From the human T2T-CHM13v2.0 reference genome, Homo sapiens, in the NCBI RefSeq assembly GCF_009914755.1, contig NC_060937.1: a stretch of DNA of 64,000 nt, one strand, 5' to 3'. The position numbers were made by a program, and so were the translations under genes. Shown in pieces: positions 1 through 14,075 of the stretch. Numbering within the stretch: position 1 is the first letter of the stretch; every line of letters begins with the position of its first letter. The notes below the pieces were generated by a model. That model was not told where the DNA came from. It worked only from the letters and a program-made list of their open reading frames with translations, and did no database searches.

Positions 1-619
1 TTTTCTATATATAGATGATATAGATAGTATCTGACTTTTAATGAACACATATATCACTATGCTCCCAATCAACAAATCAGCAGTTGCTTTCTTGATCTTT
101 GAAATAAAGCCACACCACCACCATCTCTCATCCCCTCGACAGCTGCCAGTCGGTTTTAAACCACCATCCCTCTTTTCTGGGTACACAGCTTTCTTCCTCT
201 TCTCCCAGGTTCCATCTTTGCCTGCACTATACTGTTTCCCATTCACAGCCGGGTCATGTCACTTCTGTATCTGAAATGCTCCAACAGCTTTCCTTCTCTC
301 ATAAGTAAAAGCCAAAGTCCTGCTTATGGCCACACCATGATCTGTCTCAAGCCCCAGCCCACAGCCGTTGCAACTTCTCCAGTCACTTTCCCTCTGCGCT
401 CTGCTCTGCTGACACCGGCCACCTTGCTGCTCCTTCAGCGCTGGCCCGTGCTCCTGCTCTGTGTGCTCTTGCCGGGTTTCCACCCAGCACATGCCTCTCA
501 GATGTACACGGCTCGCTTGCTGACTTGCTGTGGGTCTCTGCTCAACGTGATCTAAAGGAGCAGCCCTCCCTGGCTTGCCCTATGGGGTATAGTAACTCAC
601 CACTGACGCCTCACAAGCA

Positions 620-830
620 ACTCCACTTCCATTCCTTTATCTTGTTCTTTCCCATCTTTTATAGCACACTTGTCACCAAACCCATCATAGGTTCATGTGA
701 CTATTTTCTATTTCCTAGAATGTTAGCTCCATGAGAGACAGGACTTGTCATATTTTCATGAATATTATAATGCCCAGGAGAGTGCCTGATACTCGGAGAT
801 GCTCAGTAGATTTGTTAAGGAGATAAGCTA
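620..830 (+). mobile_element. L2 LINE 3' end fragment
   Basis: ctagaatgttagctccatgagagacaggacttgtc...agtgcctgatactcggagatgctcagtagatttgtt resembles the L2 3' terminus. Confidence 0.6.
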
Positions 831-1082
831 ATTAATTAATGTTACTACTTAATTAATATCTGACACTGTGATAGATATTGGGGTGAAAAGATGCAAAATG
901 CATATACTGTGTCATCTGAGGGAGACAGAAAAATAAACCACTGATTGCAGTGGACTGGAGAGGGATAAGCAGATGATAGCGAAGGAGGCAAACAATGGGG
1001 CCACAATTATTTTGTTGTGGCTGCTTCTGGGCATCAGTTACAAAGGCTTTTCTCACTCTCCTGGTCCGGCTTAATAACCCAT

Positions 1083-1409
1083 TTGTCCAAGCTCTCATAA
1101 CATACACTCCTTGCTTCTCTGTAGATATTGCCACAATGGGGTATAATTAATGGAATATGTGGCTTTTTCTCTCTGCTAGACTGAAATCTCAAAAACTGTG
1201 ACTGTCTTGGATACTTTTCTTAGCAAGTGATGCATAGTGAATACTTGTCCAAGGTCTCATAACATACACTCCTTGCTTCTCCGTAGATCTTGTCACAATA
1301 GATTATAATTAATGGAATATGTGGTTTTTTCTCTCTGCTAGACTGAAATCTCAAAAACTGTGGCTGTCTTGGATACTTTTCTGTTCTTAGCATGTGATGC
1401 ATAGTGAAT
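1083..1409. repeat. Tandem duplication, period about 162 bp, 2 copies
   Basis: ttgtccaag.tctcataacatacactccttgcttctc...gatgcatagtgaat is present at 1083 and again at 1245. Confidence 0.95.
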
Positions 1410-2595
1410 TTTCAATGCATAGTCAACGAATGAATGAATGAGCTCTAAGGATATAAGGGTCTCTTTGGGTGAAGACCTAGGTAACAGTATACAGAGTATA
1501 ATCTAAGCCTAGGTGACAGAGTATAAAGATTCATAAATGGTAGCATCTGAAGGAAAAGGAAATGAGAAGGTTAAACTGATGAAGTAGATGGAAGCCACTT
1601 TATTAACTCCCAACCCAGTGCAAGGATATTGTATTTTTATGTTGTTATGCAAAGGTTGTGAGACTAAGACAAAGTGGAGGATGAATCTGGAGGACGGATA
1701 AGGAAACCTCGTGGCAGCTGAAGGAGGAGGTGCTCAGTGCTAAAGTCTCCTTTTCCTGGGGTTACCAAATAAATAAAAACAAATGAAAAATTGCAGGTTG
1801 CTGGAGAGATGAAATTACAGGGTTTCAAAATGTCTTAGGTACTGAAAAAGGCAATGTAGCCATCTAAAATGTCAAGTGTGAGTATCTGTGCTGTTGGCCT
1901 CACCTTTTGGGCGTCCCACATTACAGAGCCTGATGCTTCATCAGCACTGAGCTCTAATTATAGACGATCAGCGACTTTGAGGGAAAGAGAGAATGCGAGT
2001 GTGGGCATCAAGAATCAGCTGCAGAAATTACTTAGTTGTGTTTAACTCAATTGCTATTAAAGGTAGATATTTGAGAAACATATTTTAATGTTTTGGCCAT
2101 ATAGCATCTTTAGTTTTATCTTATTTTTAATAAAATTTCAACAAATACATCTGAATTAATCTTTTTACCCCACCATTTATTGAATGCATGTGTTAAACAT
2201 ATGGCAGGTATCAGGTACTCTGACAGACAGAAGGGGAATAATTGCAAAAAGTAACAATGTCTGTATCCCAGGCAGTTGGTCTCATGAGGCCAGTATAGAA
2301 GAAACCTTAGATTTAACTCTTTACAAAAAAAAAATTATGTTTATGAAGTAAAAAACAGTATTACATACGTTTTGCTAAAATGTTGTCCAGGGTTTTGTTA
2401 TTACCTTTATTCGATGAGCAATTGAGAAGGCGCTCCCAATGGTAACTGAACCCTCCGCCTCAGACTATAGCCAAGCTCAGGTGAAATATATTAGAAATAA
2501 GAACTACTCTTTCTTTGATCAAGTGAATTCTAGTTGTAACATGGATATAGGAATTTAAACAGTGGAATTCATGTAGCTGTTAAAAATATTCAGCT

Positions 2596-3063
<468 letters not shown>

Positions 3064-3681
3064 TCAGGTTGGGGAAAAGGGGACCAGGTTTTGTAATTAT
3101 TTTCTGTTTCCTTTTACAAATGACTTGAACATTTTAAATAAGAAACATGCGTGTTTCATATAATAAAACCAACATATAAAATTAGTTAAGACTGTTTTTA
3201 TTCAAAGTTTAAATTTTGAATAATTTAATAATTTGGCTACTCAAACAAGAAAATGTGCTGCCCAAAACCGAGCTGCTCTTTGCTCTTCACCATCAGTTTC
3301 TCTAAAGGCTTGCATGCTATAAGAAGCAGAGATAATTAGCACCTTACTACAGGAGGGGTGGTTCAACAGCCTAATATCTTCAAAGTCTAGCAGAAAATAA
3401 TGTATTTTGTAAAGAGGCAGAATATCAGGATTCTAGAGAAAATGCCTAGAGAAATATCTTATTTTTAAAAATGTCTAGGTATTAAAGAACAAAAATAGTT
3501 GCTGTGTGGAAGTTGTCCACCAGTAACCCTGCCCACCCACCTGGACATTGGCCATTGAACTCCAAGCCCCTTTTTTGCTTTCCTAGAAGAAAAAGAGCAA
3601 GAGCTACAAGGGCAGACTCTAGCAAGAACATCAATCACAGCAGAAGACAATATCCCCTCTGCACAGGAAGGTATTCCACAC

Positions 3682-3762
3682 GGGGCCCCCACTCCACATC
3701 CTCCAAGGACCTCACAGGGGCTGTTCCTGCATGTTCCTTGGAGGATGTGGAATGGGGGCCCC
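3682..3762. repeat. Inverted repeat, 28-bp arms (27/28 complementary), 25-nt spacer
   Basis: ggggcccccactccacatcctccaagga (3682-3709) versus tccttggaggatgtggaatgggggcccc (3735-3762). Confidence 0.95.
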
Positions 3763-6653
3763 ATGGAGGATGCAGCAGCAGGAAGCAGAAGGCAGGCAAG
3801 GGGCAGGAAAGAGAGCGGGCACAGCCAGGCAAGTTGGGTGATACTGATGTCTGAGGGTGAGCGCTGCAGGGTGCTGCCTGGCGCTGGCAAACAGGCAATG
3901 GAGGGGCCACGTACTGTGAACAAGAGACTCTTCACATAACCCCAGGGGTGCAATTCAAGATTCAAAATCCTGGCTGGATGTGGCTTTTTTCAAATTCATT
4001 GTCTTTTGGGTCCTTGAGAACCATCACATCCATAACTGGCAAGTCCCTAGTTCAGAATTTTAGATCATTAGTGAGATATCCAGCTGAATCTTGGAAGAGA
4101 ATCGTAACCTTGACCTGCCTGCGGATGTATTTTTATCATGACTCCCTGCATGCATGGCTTAGGGGACAAAAGGGCAACAGAAGAGCACATTGTGATGATG
4201 CTTTAAATGCTACTGGAAACCCAATGGATGAGTTTTCCATTTTTTAGGAATACACCACACGGGCCTGATTTGCTCTGCATCAGATGATCTAAGAAAGGCC
4301 CCAGTGAAGATAGCAACTAGATTTTGTGTTTCGTTTTGTTTTTATATCTTTGTAATAAGGACCCCAAATTATTAAGAATCAGAACTCTTTCCTGACAGGG
4401 TGAAGGCAGATAACAAGGCATTTTCCACAGACTTCTTATAGAATTATAGCTCCCCTAAGGAAACTTGCAGACATTCACCTTCAAAGCCACTGGTAACAAA
4501 ATCTTTCCTGGAGAAACTAGAGTTTTGTAGCAAGAAAGGGTTTCCTTACTTATCAGCCTGAAACTCACCTACTTAGAAAGTCTTTCTTTAAGCAACCCTA
4601 ATAATTTACATTACTCTCTAGATGTACCAAACTGCTTATAATTCCACAAATGGCTGATCCCATTCCTCCTCAATATCACTCAGGCTGTTTCTTACTTTGG
4701 GGAGCTCTACCGAGACGGGCCAGCAGCTCACCACGGTCCCATCTCAGCTTTCTGCCTGCGTCATCCCCCAGTTGTAGGTTGTTGGTCCTGAGGTGAGTTC
4801 TTGTTTATAATAGCCCTCTGGCTTAGCACAGCACTGGGGGCATAGTAGTTCCTCAGTGAATATGTACGTTTAACTAACAGATATATGAATGTCTCACCCC
4901 AGGCCGCACCCACTTGTTCACTGCCTCTTGATCCTTCAAGACAAGCTCCTGTGTTCCCGTATTCAATTATCCAATTCCTATCAGGCTATTAGGTACCTTC
5001 TGCTGTGACTCCATAGAATGCTATGTATACCTTTTATCATAAACCTCACAATATCAAACAGCACTATTTCTTAAGAGTAGTTACTACGTAATTCACCTTT
5101 ATATATACCTTGCCAAGTACAGCTGGAATATAGTGTTGCCTAATAAAATCTAGAGAATTTAAAATGCAGCAAACCAGTGCTGCTGATGAAGGAGATTGGT
5201 TTACATTCACCCAAAAGGATAACAGGTTTTTAGGATTTTAAAATTTCTGGATGTGGTTCGGTGTTTAGAGTCTGGTTCAATTGGCTGGAAGCTGCGGCTC
5301 TCTGCAGTGCAAATAGAAATAATAAATATGATTCAACTCACAGCATTCTGGGTAGTTTATCTATGGCAAGATAATCTGGAGTATAATATTTGCCAGAGAG
5401 AAGATCATGAAAAGCAAAAATAAGTATGTTCAAGATAACACTACAGTGAATATGATCCTTCAATGTGACATGGTGGCAGAGAAGTGGACGAGAGTTTGCA
5501 AAGATTCAAGCACAGGCTGAAAGGGCCGGTCTGCGGTATTGCTGTTGAATAAAAACAAGCGTATGGAAGTTCCAGAATCATGTTAGATTTTGAGAAATTG
5601 CAATAAATTTAAATTTATTTTGCTACTGATATAAATTTATCTATTTTGTCCGCTACTTTTCTTCTCTCTCTGTCACTGTTTCTGACTTTCACTGTAGAAA
5701 TGTTCTTTGAACTACTGAGAACTCATAAACATAGGACAAAAACATGGACTATATCTCACTCAAATTGTGCACCTCACGTCACTTCTTCTTCCCCCATAGC
5801 TACCTAAAAGTTCAGAGTTTTGTTGTTGTTGTTGTTTTTTAATTTACTGGTAGAACTGTGCCTGGCACATGACATTCACGAAGACAACCCTGGATCAAAC
5901 TGGATGTTTCCTAGTAATTATTTCTCTAGTCTCCTCTGCCATGACTGCTCCGTAACCACTACAGAGAAGAGAAGGGGAAGCTTGCATTGTAAAACATGTA
6001 GACTCGTGAAAAGTCATGTTAAAATAGATCCAACGCTCATTTTAAAAATTGGTGAAAGATAACTCTTATGTATGAACCACAGAATTTGATTTGAATCTTC
6101 AGACTTGATGTGTGATTTGTAAATATTTGTAATGATTTTCTGATTTACTGAGTGATAGATTTCAGGGTCATTCATGATATGTTCATTAGCCAATCAGAAG
6201 GGCCAGGATCCAGAAACCACCCCTTACACCAAGACAGCAGAAAAAAAAAATTGACAATGCATTTTAAGTTCGAAGTTCCCTTTGCTTGTCATTTGGTTCC
6301 TATGATTTTCAGTACTTTCAGATGAATCAATAATGTGCATTGTGTTGAGTTTGTATATTAAGACATATTACCTTTGTTTAGAAAGTTACAAATGAAATAG
6401 TGCAGTACAAGAGAAGCTGTGAACTGCTGATGCTGTGTTGAAAAGATTTGTTGACACATTCTAACCACACGGTCAAAGCTTTGGACAACCTTTGAGGAAG
6501 ACCTTGCTCTCTCGTCACTTTGCTCTCTCAGTTTGTCTTAGGAGGCAGAATGAGGTATTGTAGTCATAGATTGGGATGCCAGAATTTAATATTTCAGAGT
6601 GAAGCCAGTCTTGCTAATACAAACCAGAGGTGTGGATAAAGATTGGTGGAGTC

Positions 6654-6800
6654 CAGGAGGGATGACATTTTGGGGTTCTTATGTGGAGTAAGTGGTATTG
6701 TTAACGCTTCCTCTGTTGATAGTGTTCAGGAGGGATGACATTTTGGGGATCTTATGTGGAGTAAGTGATATCATTAATGCTTCCTCTGTTGATGGTGTTC
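6654..6800. repeat. Tandem duplication, period 73 bp, 2 copies
   Basis: caggagggatgacattttgggg.tcttatgtggagtaagtg... at 6654 and 6727. Confidence 0.95.
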
Positions 6801-7184
6801 TAAGTGGAGAGAAGGATGTCATCATGGTCCCCAAGTCTTCCATGACAGAGAAGAGTGACCAGGTTGGGAGATGAGGTAGTACATAAGGATTGGGTAAATC
6901 TTAGAAAGAAGCACATCAATGTAAGCGTTCAGTGATTCCAGAAGAATCAATGATAAGCTCAGAAGATATCCAAGCTTTTTTAGTGCTCTGTGGAAGAATA
7001 AGTTTCCCTACACTGGACAAGGCTGCAGGAGAGATGGTGTTTTCAGAGAGACTGACTTCCATTTAGGTTCTCTGGACATTTCCAGAAGTGGAAATTGGGC
7101 TGGGTTCGCATCATTCCATGGAGGGGAGTAATCTGTGGCCATGAAGGAATCTAGGAGCTTAGTTGATTAAAGGGCTTGGTAATT

Positions 7185-7355
7185 CAGGGCAGGCATCACA
7201 GGCAGGTTACCCATATAGTCACACGGGGCCTTCTTTTTAGAAAGGTACCATGCTTGATTTCACCCTCTGATATCACTATCTTGAAATCGTCAATAATTTT
7301 AAAACTGGAAGCCATGAATTTTCATTTTGCACTGGGTCCCACCTTAACTAGCTCT
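7185..7355 (+). mobile_element. MER91-like hAT DNA transposon relic (MER91A-like)
   Basis: cagggc...gtcacacggggcc...cttgaaatcgtcaataatttt...attttcattttgcactgggtccc resembles the MER91A consensus as remembered. Confidence 0.65.
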
Positions 7356-8339
7356 TCTTGGCATTTTGAGAGGTAAATGAAGGTGACAGCAGGAGCTTGG
7401 GGACCTGGCTCCAGGCTGCAGGTGGAGGACCTGGTGGTGTTGGAGTTCTGCTGGGCATGACAGAATGTGGGTTCAGTCACTTTCTTGGTGCCATAAAGTG
7501 TCACCAGAAAGTGGCTGACATAAGGAAGAACAACCTGAATTGGGAGGAATATTTCCTGGCTTGAAGAAAATTCTTTCTAGGGAAGTAGATTTACTACATA
7601 ACAATATTATAAGAACATTGTAACAGGAATGTTCCACCATCACACTCTTTTCAGACAAGAGTGACTAGAAAGTATTTATTGCTGTCAAATTATTATTCAT
7701 AATCCTCTGAAATGTGATTCCCAAAATTATATCACTTGAGAGGGGCTGATATCACTTTCAACACTGGATCTAATTAACTCTGTTTGGTGAAAGACAGTGA
7801 AAATCCAAGCTTCAGGTATCTGAATATAAATGTAGATTCCTGAGGTGCAGGTCGAGGATATCTTGACAGGCACAGAAGGAGGAGGTCACATCTTTATTGA
7901 TTATACGCTGAGCTATCACAAAGCTAAAGAGAGCAGAAAAGGAATTACTTGCATATGAATTTCCTAAAATGAAGTAGATCCGGGCCTCACATTCTAACAT
8001 CAAATTTATTGAACTTTCATACTGTGCCACTCACCTTCTGTGTCCTTGTACCCAAACCTGAAGCTCCAGGGGATGGGGCCTCAGTTCATACGGTCAAGGC
8101 ACTGAGTCTAGTGACAGTTTTTTTATTGCTACACATCACCCAGAACATCAGATACAGAAAGACCTTAGTTCAAAACCAAAATTATTCTGTAAGAATTCGC
8201 ATTTGTCATTGCACCTATTGCTTACTTGAATCCTAATAATGGTGTCTGCTAATACATTCCTCCATACTCTTCAGCGACCTCACACCATGCTTTTTCACGG
8301 TGGTTGTTGTACACTCTTGAGACGATCTGATAATAGGGG

Positions 8340-11250
8340 ATGGTATGAGTATTCAGTTAGTGTATCATGATTGTGAACTGTAATTTGAACACCCATTTTT
8401 TTGGTGAAGTGAGAGATTAAATATTTTGCCTTATCTTTGAAGCTGTTTGTTTCTTTTGAAATACTGAATTTTGAGAGTTCTTTGTATATTCTTGATAAAT
8501 GTCTTTTAACAGATGGGTGTTTTGTGAATATTTTGTCTTAGGTTATGGCTTGTCTTTTTATTCACTGAGAAGTATCTTCTGAAGGGTAGAGGATTTTTGT
8601 TTTAATTAAATTCAATTTGCTAATATTTCCCCTGATAGGCTGCATTTTTAGTATCATACTAAGATTTTCTGTTATGTTCTTTTTAGAACTTTTGTAACTT
8701 TTGGTTTTACATTTTTTGCAATTTTACATTATGAGTAATATTTTTATATAGGACAAAATATAGGTCAAAAGTATTTTTATACATGTGTGTACCCAATTGT
8801 TTCAGTATAATTGACTGAAAGAACATTCTTTCTTCACTGAATTGCCCTTGCCAGTTTCTTGAAAATTAGTTGTCTATACATGAATTGATCTATTTCTAAA
8901 TTCTCTATTATGTTTCATTGATTAATTTCATTTTATGCCAACACCACACTGCTTTGATTGCTATAACTTCATAACAAGTCTTGAAATTAGTTAGCTTTAG
9001 TCCATGAATTTTGGGTTCCACCACCCTAAAGTTCTTTGGGCAATTTTAGGTCCTTTGCATTAACTTATGAATTTTAGATTCAGCTTTTCAATATATATAA
9101 AAAAAAACCCTTCTGGAATTATGACACATTTGGATTGAATCTACAGATCAATTTGGGAAGGACTGGTTTCTTAACAATATTGCATCTTCTGACCCAAGAA
9201 CACACTAAATTTCCATTTATTTAGGTTTAAAAAATTATCTCACTAACGTTTTGTTGATTTTGGTGTGCAGGTCTTACTGATATTTTGTCAGATTTGTCCC
9301 TAAGTATTTCAATATTCTTAATGCTATCTTAATTTAAAAATTATTTTTCAAAGGCTTACCACTAGCATATAGAAATATCTTTGTTTTTTGTATAGTGATC
9401 TTGTATCTTTCAAATTTGCTATCTTAATTATTGGTTCTAATAACTTTGTATATTCCATTATATTTTCTACATAGATGATCATGTCATATGCGAATAATGG
9501 CAGTTTTAATATTTGCTTTTCAATCTAGATTAATTTGGCTTCTTATTCATTCCTTTTTGCCATGGCTAGTACTGCCAGTGGAATGTTGAAGGGAAGTGGT
9601 AAAAGTGAACATGCTTGTCATCTTCCTGGTTTCAGTGGAAGGGGTGGAAGTTTTCTTGGAGACAATTATTAGCTCTTGCTTTGTTATCCAGTCTAATACT
9701 CCCTGCCTTTTAACTGTGTCATTTAGAATATTTGCACTTACTTATATGGTTACTTATATGTTTGGTTGAAATCTACCATCTTCCTTTTTTTTAGTACTTG
9801 TGTCATTTGTTTTTCTTTCCTCTTTTTCTGCCTTCTTTAGGTTTGAGTATTTTTCGTGATTCAATTTTAACTCTTTAGCGGTATTACGCACGGTGCATGT
9901 TATTTTGGTGGTTGCTTTAGTATTTTTAGGATACATATTTGACATAACCCTCCCTTGTTTCAGGTGGCATCCTACCCATTCACATGTAGCATAAAAACAT
10001 TCCTTACAATATTATGTTTTCATTTCTCCCCTTCCCGCCTTTGTTTTATTGCTGTGATATATTTTAATCTGTATAGATTATAAGCCTTATACTCTCTTGT
10101 GATTTTTAAACAATTATATTTTAAGTATACTAAATGAAAAAATATATATAACTCACATAGTCACAATTCTCAGTGCTCTTCATTTTGATATAATCTTTTA
10201 AAAAGATCTCTCACAGATCACTGATGCTCTGCCATTTTTAAAAAATCATTTTTCTTTCCTTGTCATATTTTGTTTAATTTATGTTGCTGCTTTGGATTTC
10301 ATTCATCTTTTCTTCTGAAATATCTAGTCTGCTGTTGATCCCATCTAAGCCATTAAAGTTCTCATCTCTGAAAGTTAAATTTGAGTCTTTTTAATATCTT
10401 TCATTTATGTACTTAACATCTTCAATAGATCCCCTCACTTTCTGAACATAGGGAATATAGTTATAAATACGGTTTTAACACCTGATTTGCTCATTCTAAC
10501 AGGTGTATCTCTTCTTCATTTGTTTCCATTATCAATTTTTCTGTTCATTGTGGATCCTATTTTCCTGCTTTTTTGTATACTTGGCAATTTTTTTGGTGGA
10601 TTCTAGACAGAGTAAATTTTGCCTTGTTGGGTATTCAATATTTTTGTAAATAATCCTGAACTCTTTGGGGGCTACTAAGTTATTTGGAAACAGTTTCATC
10701 TTTTCAGGGCCTGAATTTGAAATTTTTTAGTTGGGAACAGAACAGCATTTAGTTTAGGACTCATATTTCCCTCCACTGAAGCAAAACACATCTAGTACTC
10801 TACCCAGTGCTCTGTCAGTTACACGGTTTTCAGTCTGGTTGGCAGGAACAGGCACCGTTTCTTGCAACTTATGAGCCCTGAGTCCTCTTTCTTTTCAGGC
10901 AGTTCTTTGCCTGACCTTGGGCAGTTTCCTAGAGTGCAAGTGCTGATCATTATTCAGCTGAGCACTTGAGGGAGGCATTCTTTAAAACTTTAAAGTTTTT
11001 CTCTGTGCAGCTTTGTCCTCTCTGCTACTCTGCTCTGAAATTTAGCCACCCTGGTCTCTCAAGACATTTCAAGAGCCAGCCCTGGTCAAGCCAGGTTCTT
11101 CTCCCTGTGCTGTAGCTTGGGAACTCTCTCAAGGTAGGAGGCTGGAACAGTAGTAGGGCTTATTTTGTTTGCTGCCCATCATTCAGAGGTCATATATTTT
11201 GTTTTTCTTTTTTAGTTGATTCAAGCAGGAAGGTACATCTGGTCTCTGTT
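8340..11250 (-). mobile_element. Old L1M (L1MC/L1ME-type) fragments, ORF2 and 5' region
   Basis: T-rich antisense L1 motifs such as gagttctttgtatattctt, ttgaatctacagatcaatttggg and ttttctacatagatgatcatgtcat. Heavily decayed. Confidence 0.75.
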
Positions 11251-11526
11251 ACAGGGAAGCAGAAATTCTACAATGATTTGTTTTTAATGGTACTATCCAG
11301 TAAATTGGTGGGTAAATTTGTGTGCCAGTGCTTCCAGTGGGATATTGATTGGCATTCCTTTGGGGAGAGAAATCTGTTCTATGCATACACATCACAGAAA
11401 AAGTATGTATCTCATAACCCAGAAATTTTGCTGACCTATTTAATAATAGGTTTTTAAAAACTAATTGTACTAATATGCATTTAGCATTATGTAACTTATA
11501 GATGTAAATATGAAAGATACTCGTAA

Positions 11527-11835
<309 letters not shown>

Positions 11836-11844
11836 TCATAAAAG

Positions 11845-11990
11845 GACTGGATGATTTGAAGAGGCCAATGCAAATAAATATCTGGGACTTTTCAAAATTG
11901 AACATTCAAGATGGTAAAGGCAGAACATCAAGGTACAGGACTCATCTAAGTGCAGTTGCATAGATTGTACACCCGTGATGCCAGCCCTGA
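11845..11990 (-). mobile_element. MER91-like DNA transposon relic
   Basis: ttcaagatggtaaaggcagaacatcaa...gcagttgcatagattgtacacccgtgatgccagccctg resembles the reverse complement of MER91. Confidence 0.5.
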
Positions 11991-12681
11991 CTTATATATA
12001 CAATATTTACCTGAGTTTGAACTATAAATAGTAAATAAAGTTAAGTTGCTGGATGGTTTGATTTAGTAAATTATTGAACATATATAAAATGCAACATTAT
12101 AAAATCATTAAAATTCATTTTAGGAGACTCTTAAATTTCAGCTGTTAACTCTTACAATATGACATGCTGTGAAACGTGACTAGGGTGAAGGTTACAGATG
12201 GGAATGTTGAGGGATTAAGTTAGAGGGATTCTGAAGGGCCTTGTCTATCTTGGATGCCATTAAATAGTTACACTTTATTCTTTTGACAGTGACAAAGGAT
12301 GCATGTTTTAGAGTAGAAGGGTATTATGATCAACTCTGTATTTTTAGAAAGATAATTATTGTGAATGGTTCAAGTTTTTTTTAAATAATCCTATCTACAA
12401 ATGAAATAAAAACCAGTAAGTGAAGTACTTTTTTCGACCTTCCTACTATCTACCCTGATTTTCTTCTTTCTGTCTGCTGTTCCTTGACCCAGTTCCCCAG
12501 AAGTCTTGCGTATGTTCTTTTCCTTGTTGGTTAGTTGGGGAAATACATCTTTTCCCAGGTTAGCTTCACCTCTCAACTCCCAAAATTGGTATTGAAGTTT
12601 TTTTTTAAATCTGTGGACATTTGGAATAAGCCATATCACAGTTTGTAATAATTTGATATTTCCTTGTATTCTTTCTTTTAG

Positions 12682-12852
<171 letters not shown>

Positions 12853-13649
12853 TGAAGATTTGATGGCATGTAAAAGGCTATATATTTAACTAATGCTATT
12901 TTACAATATGTAATATTTTGGTTGAGAAAAATCTGCATATGTTATCATGTATCTCCCTAGAACACAAGATAATTAGAGACTAAGGTTGTGGGTCACATAG
13001 TTTATAAAACAATTTGTGCAGATACTATGCCAAATGCAACTTCTCTTGCCTTTCCTTGGGAATTATATGCCTTGATACAAGTCAGTTTCAACTAAAATGG
13101 TTTGATAATTTTGCTTTTCAATTCATTCTCATTTTTAAATTTTTAGCCAAAGAGGCATAACATTATAAGGAGATATGGTTTATATTGAATCTTTTTTTTT
13201 CTTGGTTACATCTAGTAAAGAAGTGTCTACAATGTTTGTTTACATGAAAACGGGAACTTTAAATATAAAAAGCATTGGAGTTTGTTGTTTTGGTTGTTAT
13301 TTTCAGTTAATCTTACATCCAGACGTTGATCCTCACACATACTTTATTTTGGAATAGTGATCTCTAGAAAGTATTTCAAGAAACTATTTACAATTTTTAG
13401 AAAACACACTGGAATATATGAGCAAGAATGATTTGCTTTTATTTTATTTATTTAAAAAATTAACTTCTTAATGCCTTGCTATTATGCAACTGGATTTTCA
13501 CATTTTTTTATGTAGACTCTCAAGAATTTACACAAAAGCAAACTGATGCTCGAATATATTAAACAACTTGCCGTAAGCCAAAAGCAAACTATAGCTAAGA
13601 ACTCAAGTTCATTGTCAGACGTCCATTTTTTGTCACTGAGCCGTGCTAC

Positions 13650-14075
13650 CAATGTTGGTTTCCCATGCCTGCCATACCGCCTAGTTGGTGGCTGAACACA
13701 AGCACCCTTGCGGAGGTTAGGAGTCTGAAGTCAAGGTGTGGACAGGGCCGTGCTCCCCCTGTAGGCCCTAGTGATGAAACTTTCCTTGGTGCTTCCTAGT
13801 TACAGTGACCCCTGCAGTCCCTGATGTTCCTTAGATTATAGCAGCATCACTCCAGTCTCTGCCTCCATCAGCACATGACTTTCTTCTGTGTCAGTGTGTC
13901 CAAATCTCTCATTCTTTCCTTTCAGAAGATACCAGTCATAGGATTTAGGGCCCGCCCTAAGGCAGGTGGCCTCATTTAACTTGATCACATCTCCAAAGAC
14001 CTTATTCCCCAATAAGATCGCATCTACACTACTAGGGAGCATAGCTTTTTTCTGGAAAACATTTTAAATACACCA
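13650..14075 (-). mobile_element. MLT1B/C-type MaLR LTR
   Basis: ggaggttaggagtctgaagtcaaggtgt...cagggccgtgctccc...agataccagtcataggatttagggccc...tccaaagaccttattcccc. Confidence 0.8.

Noticed and set aside
3465-3965. Overlapping ORFs of 91-166 aa on both strands
   Set aside because: No recognisable domain or splice context. The shared SLEDVEWGP peptide on both strands just reflects the inverted repeat.
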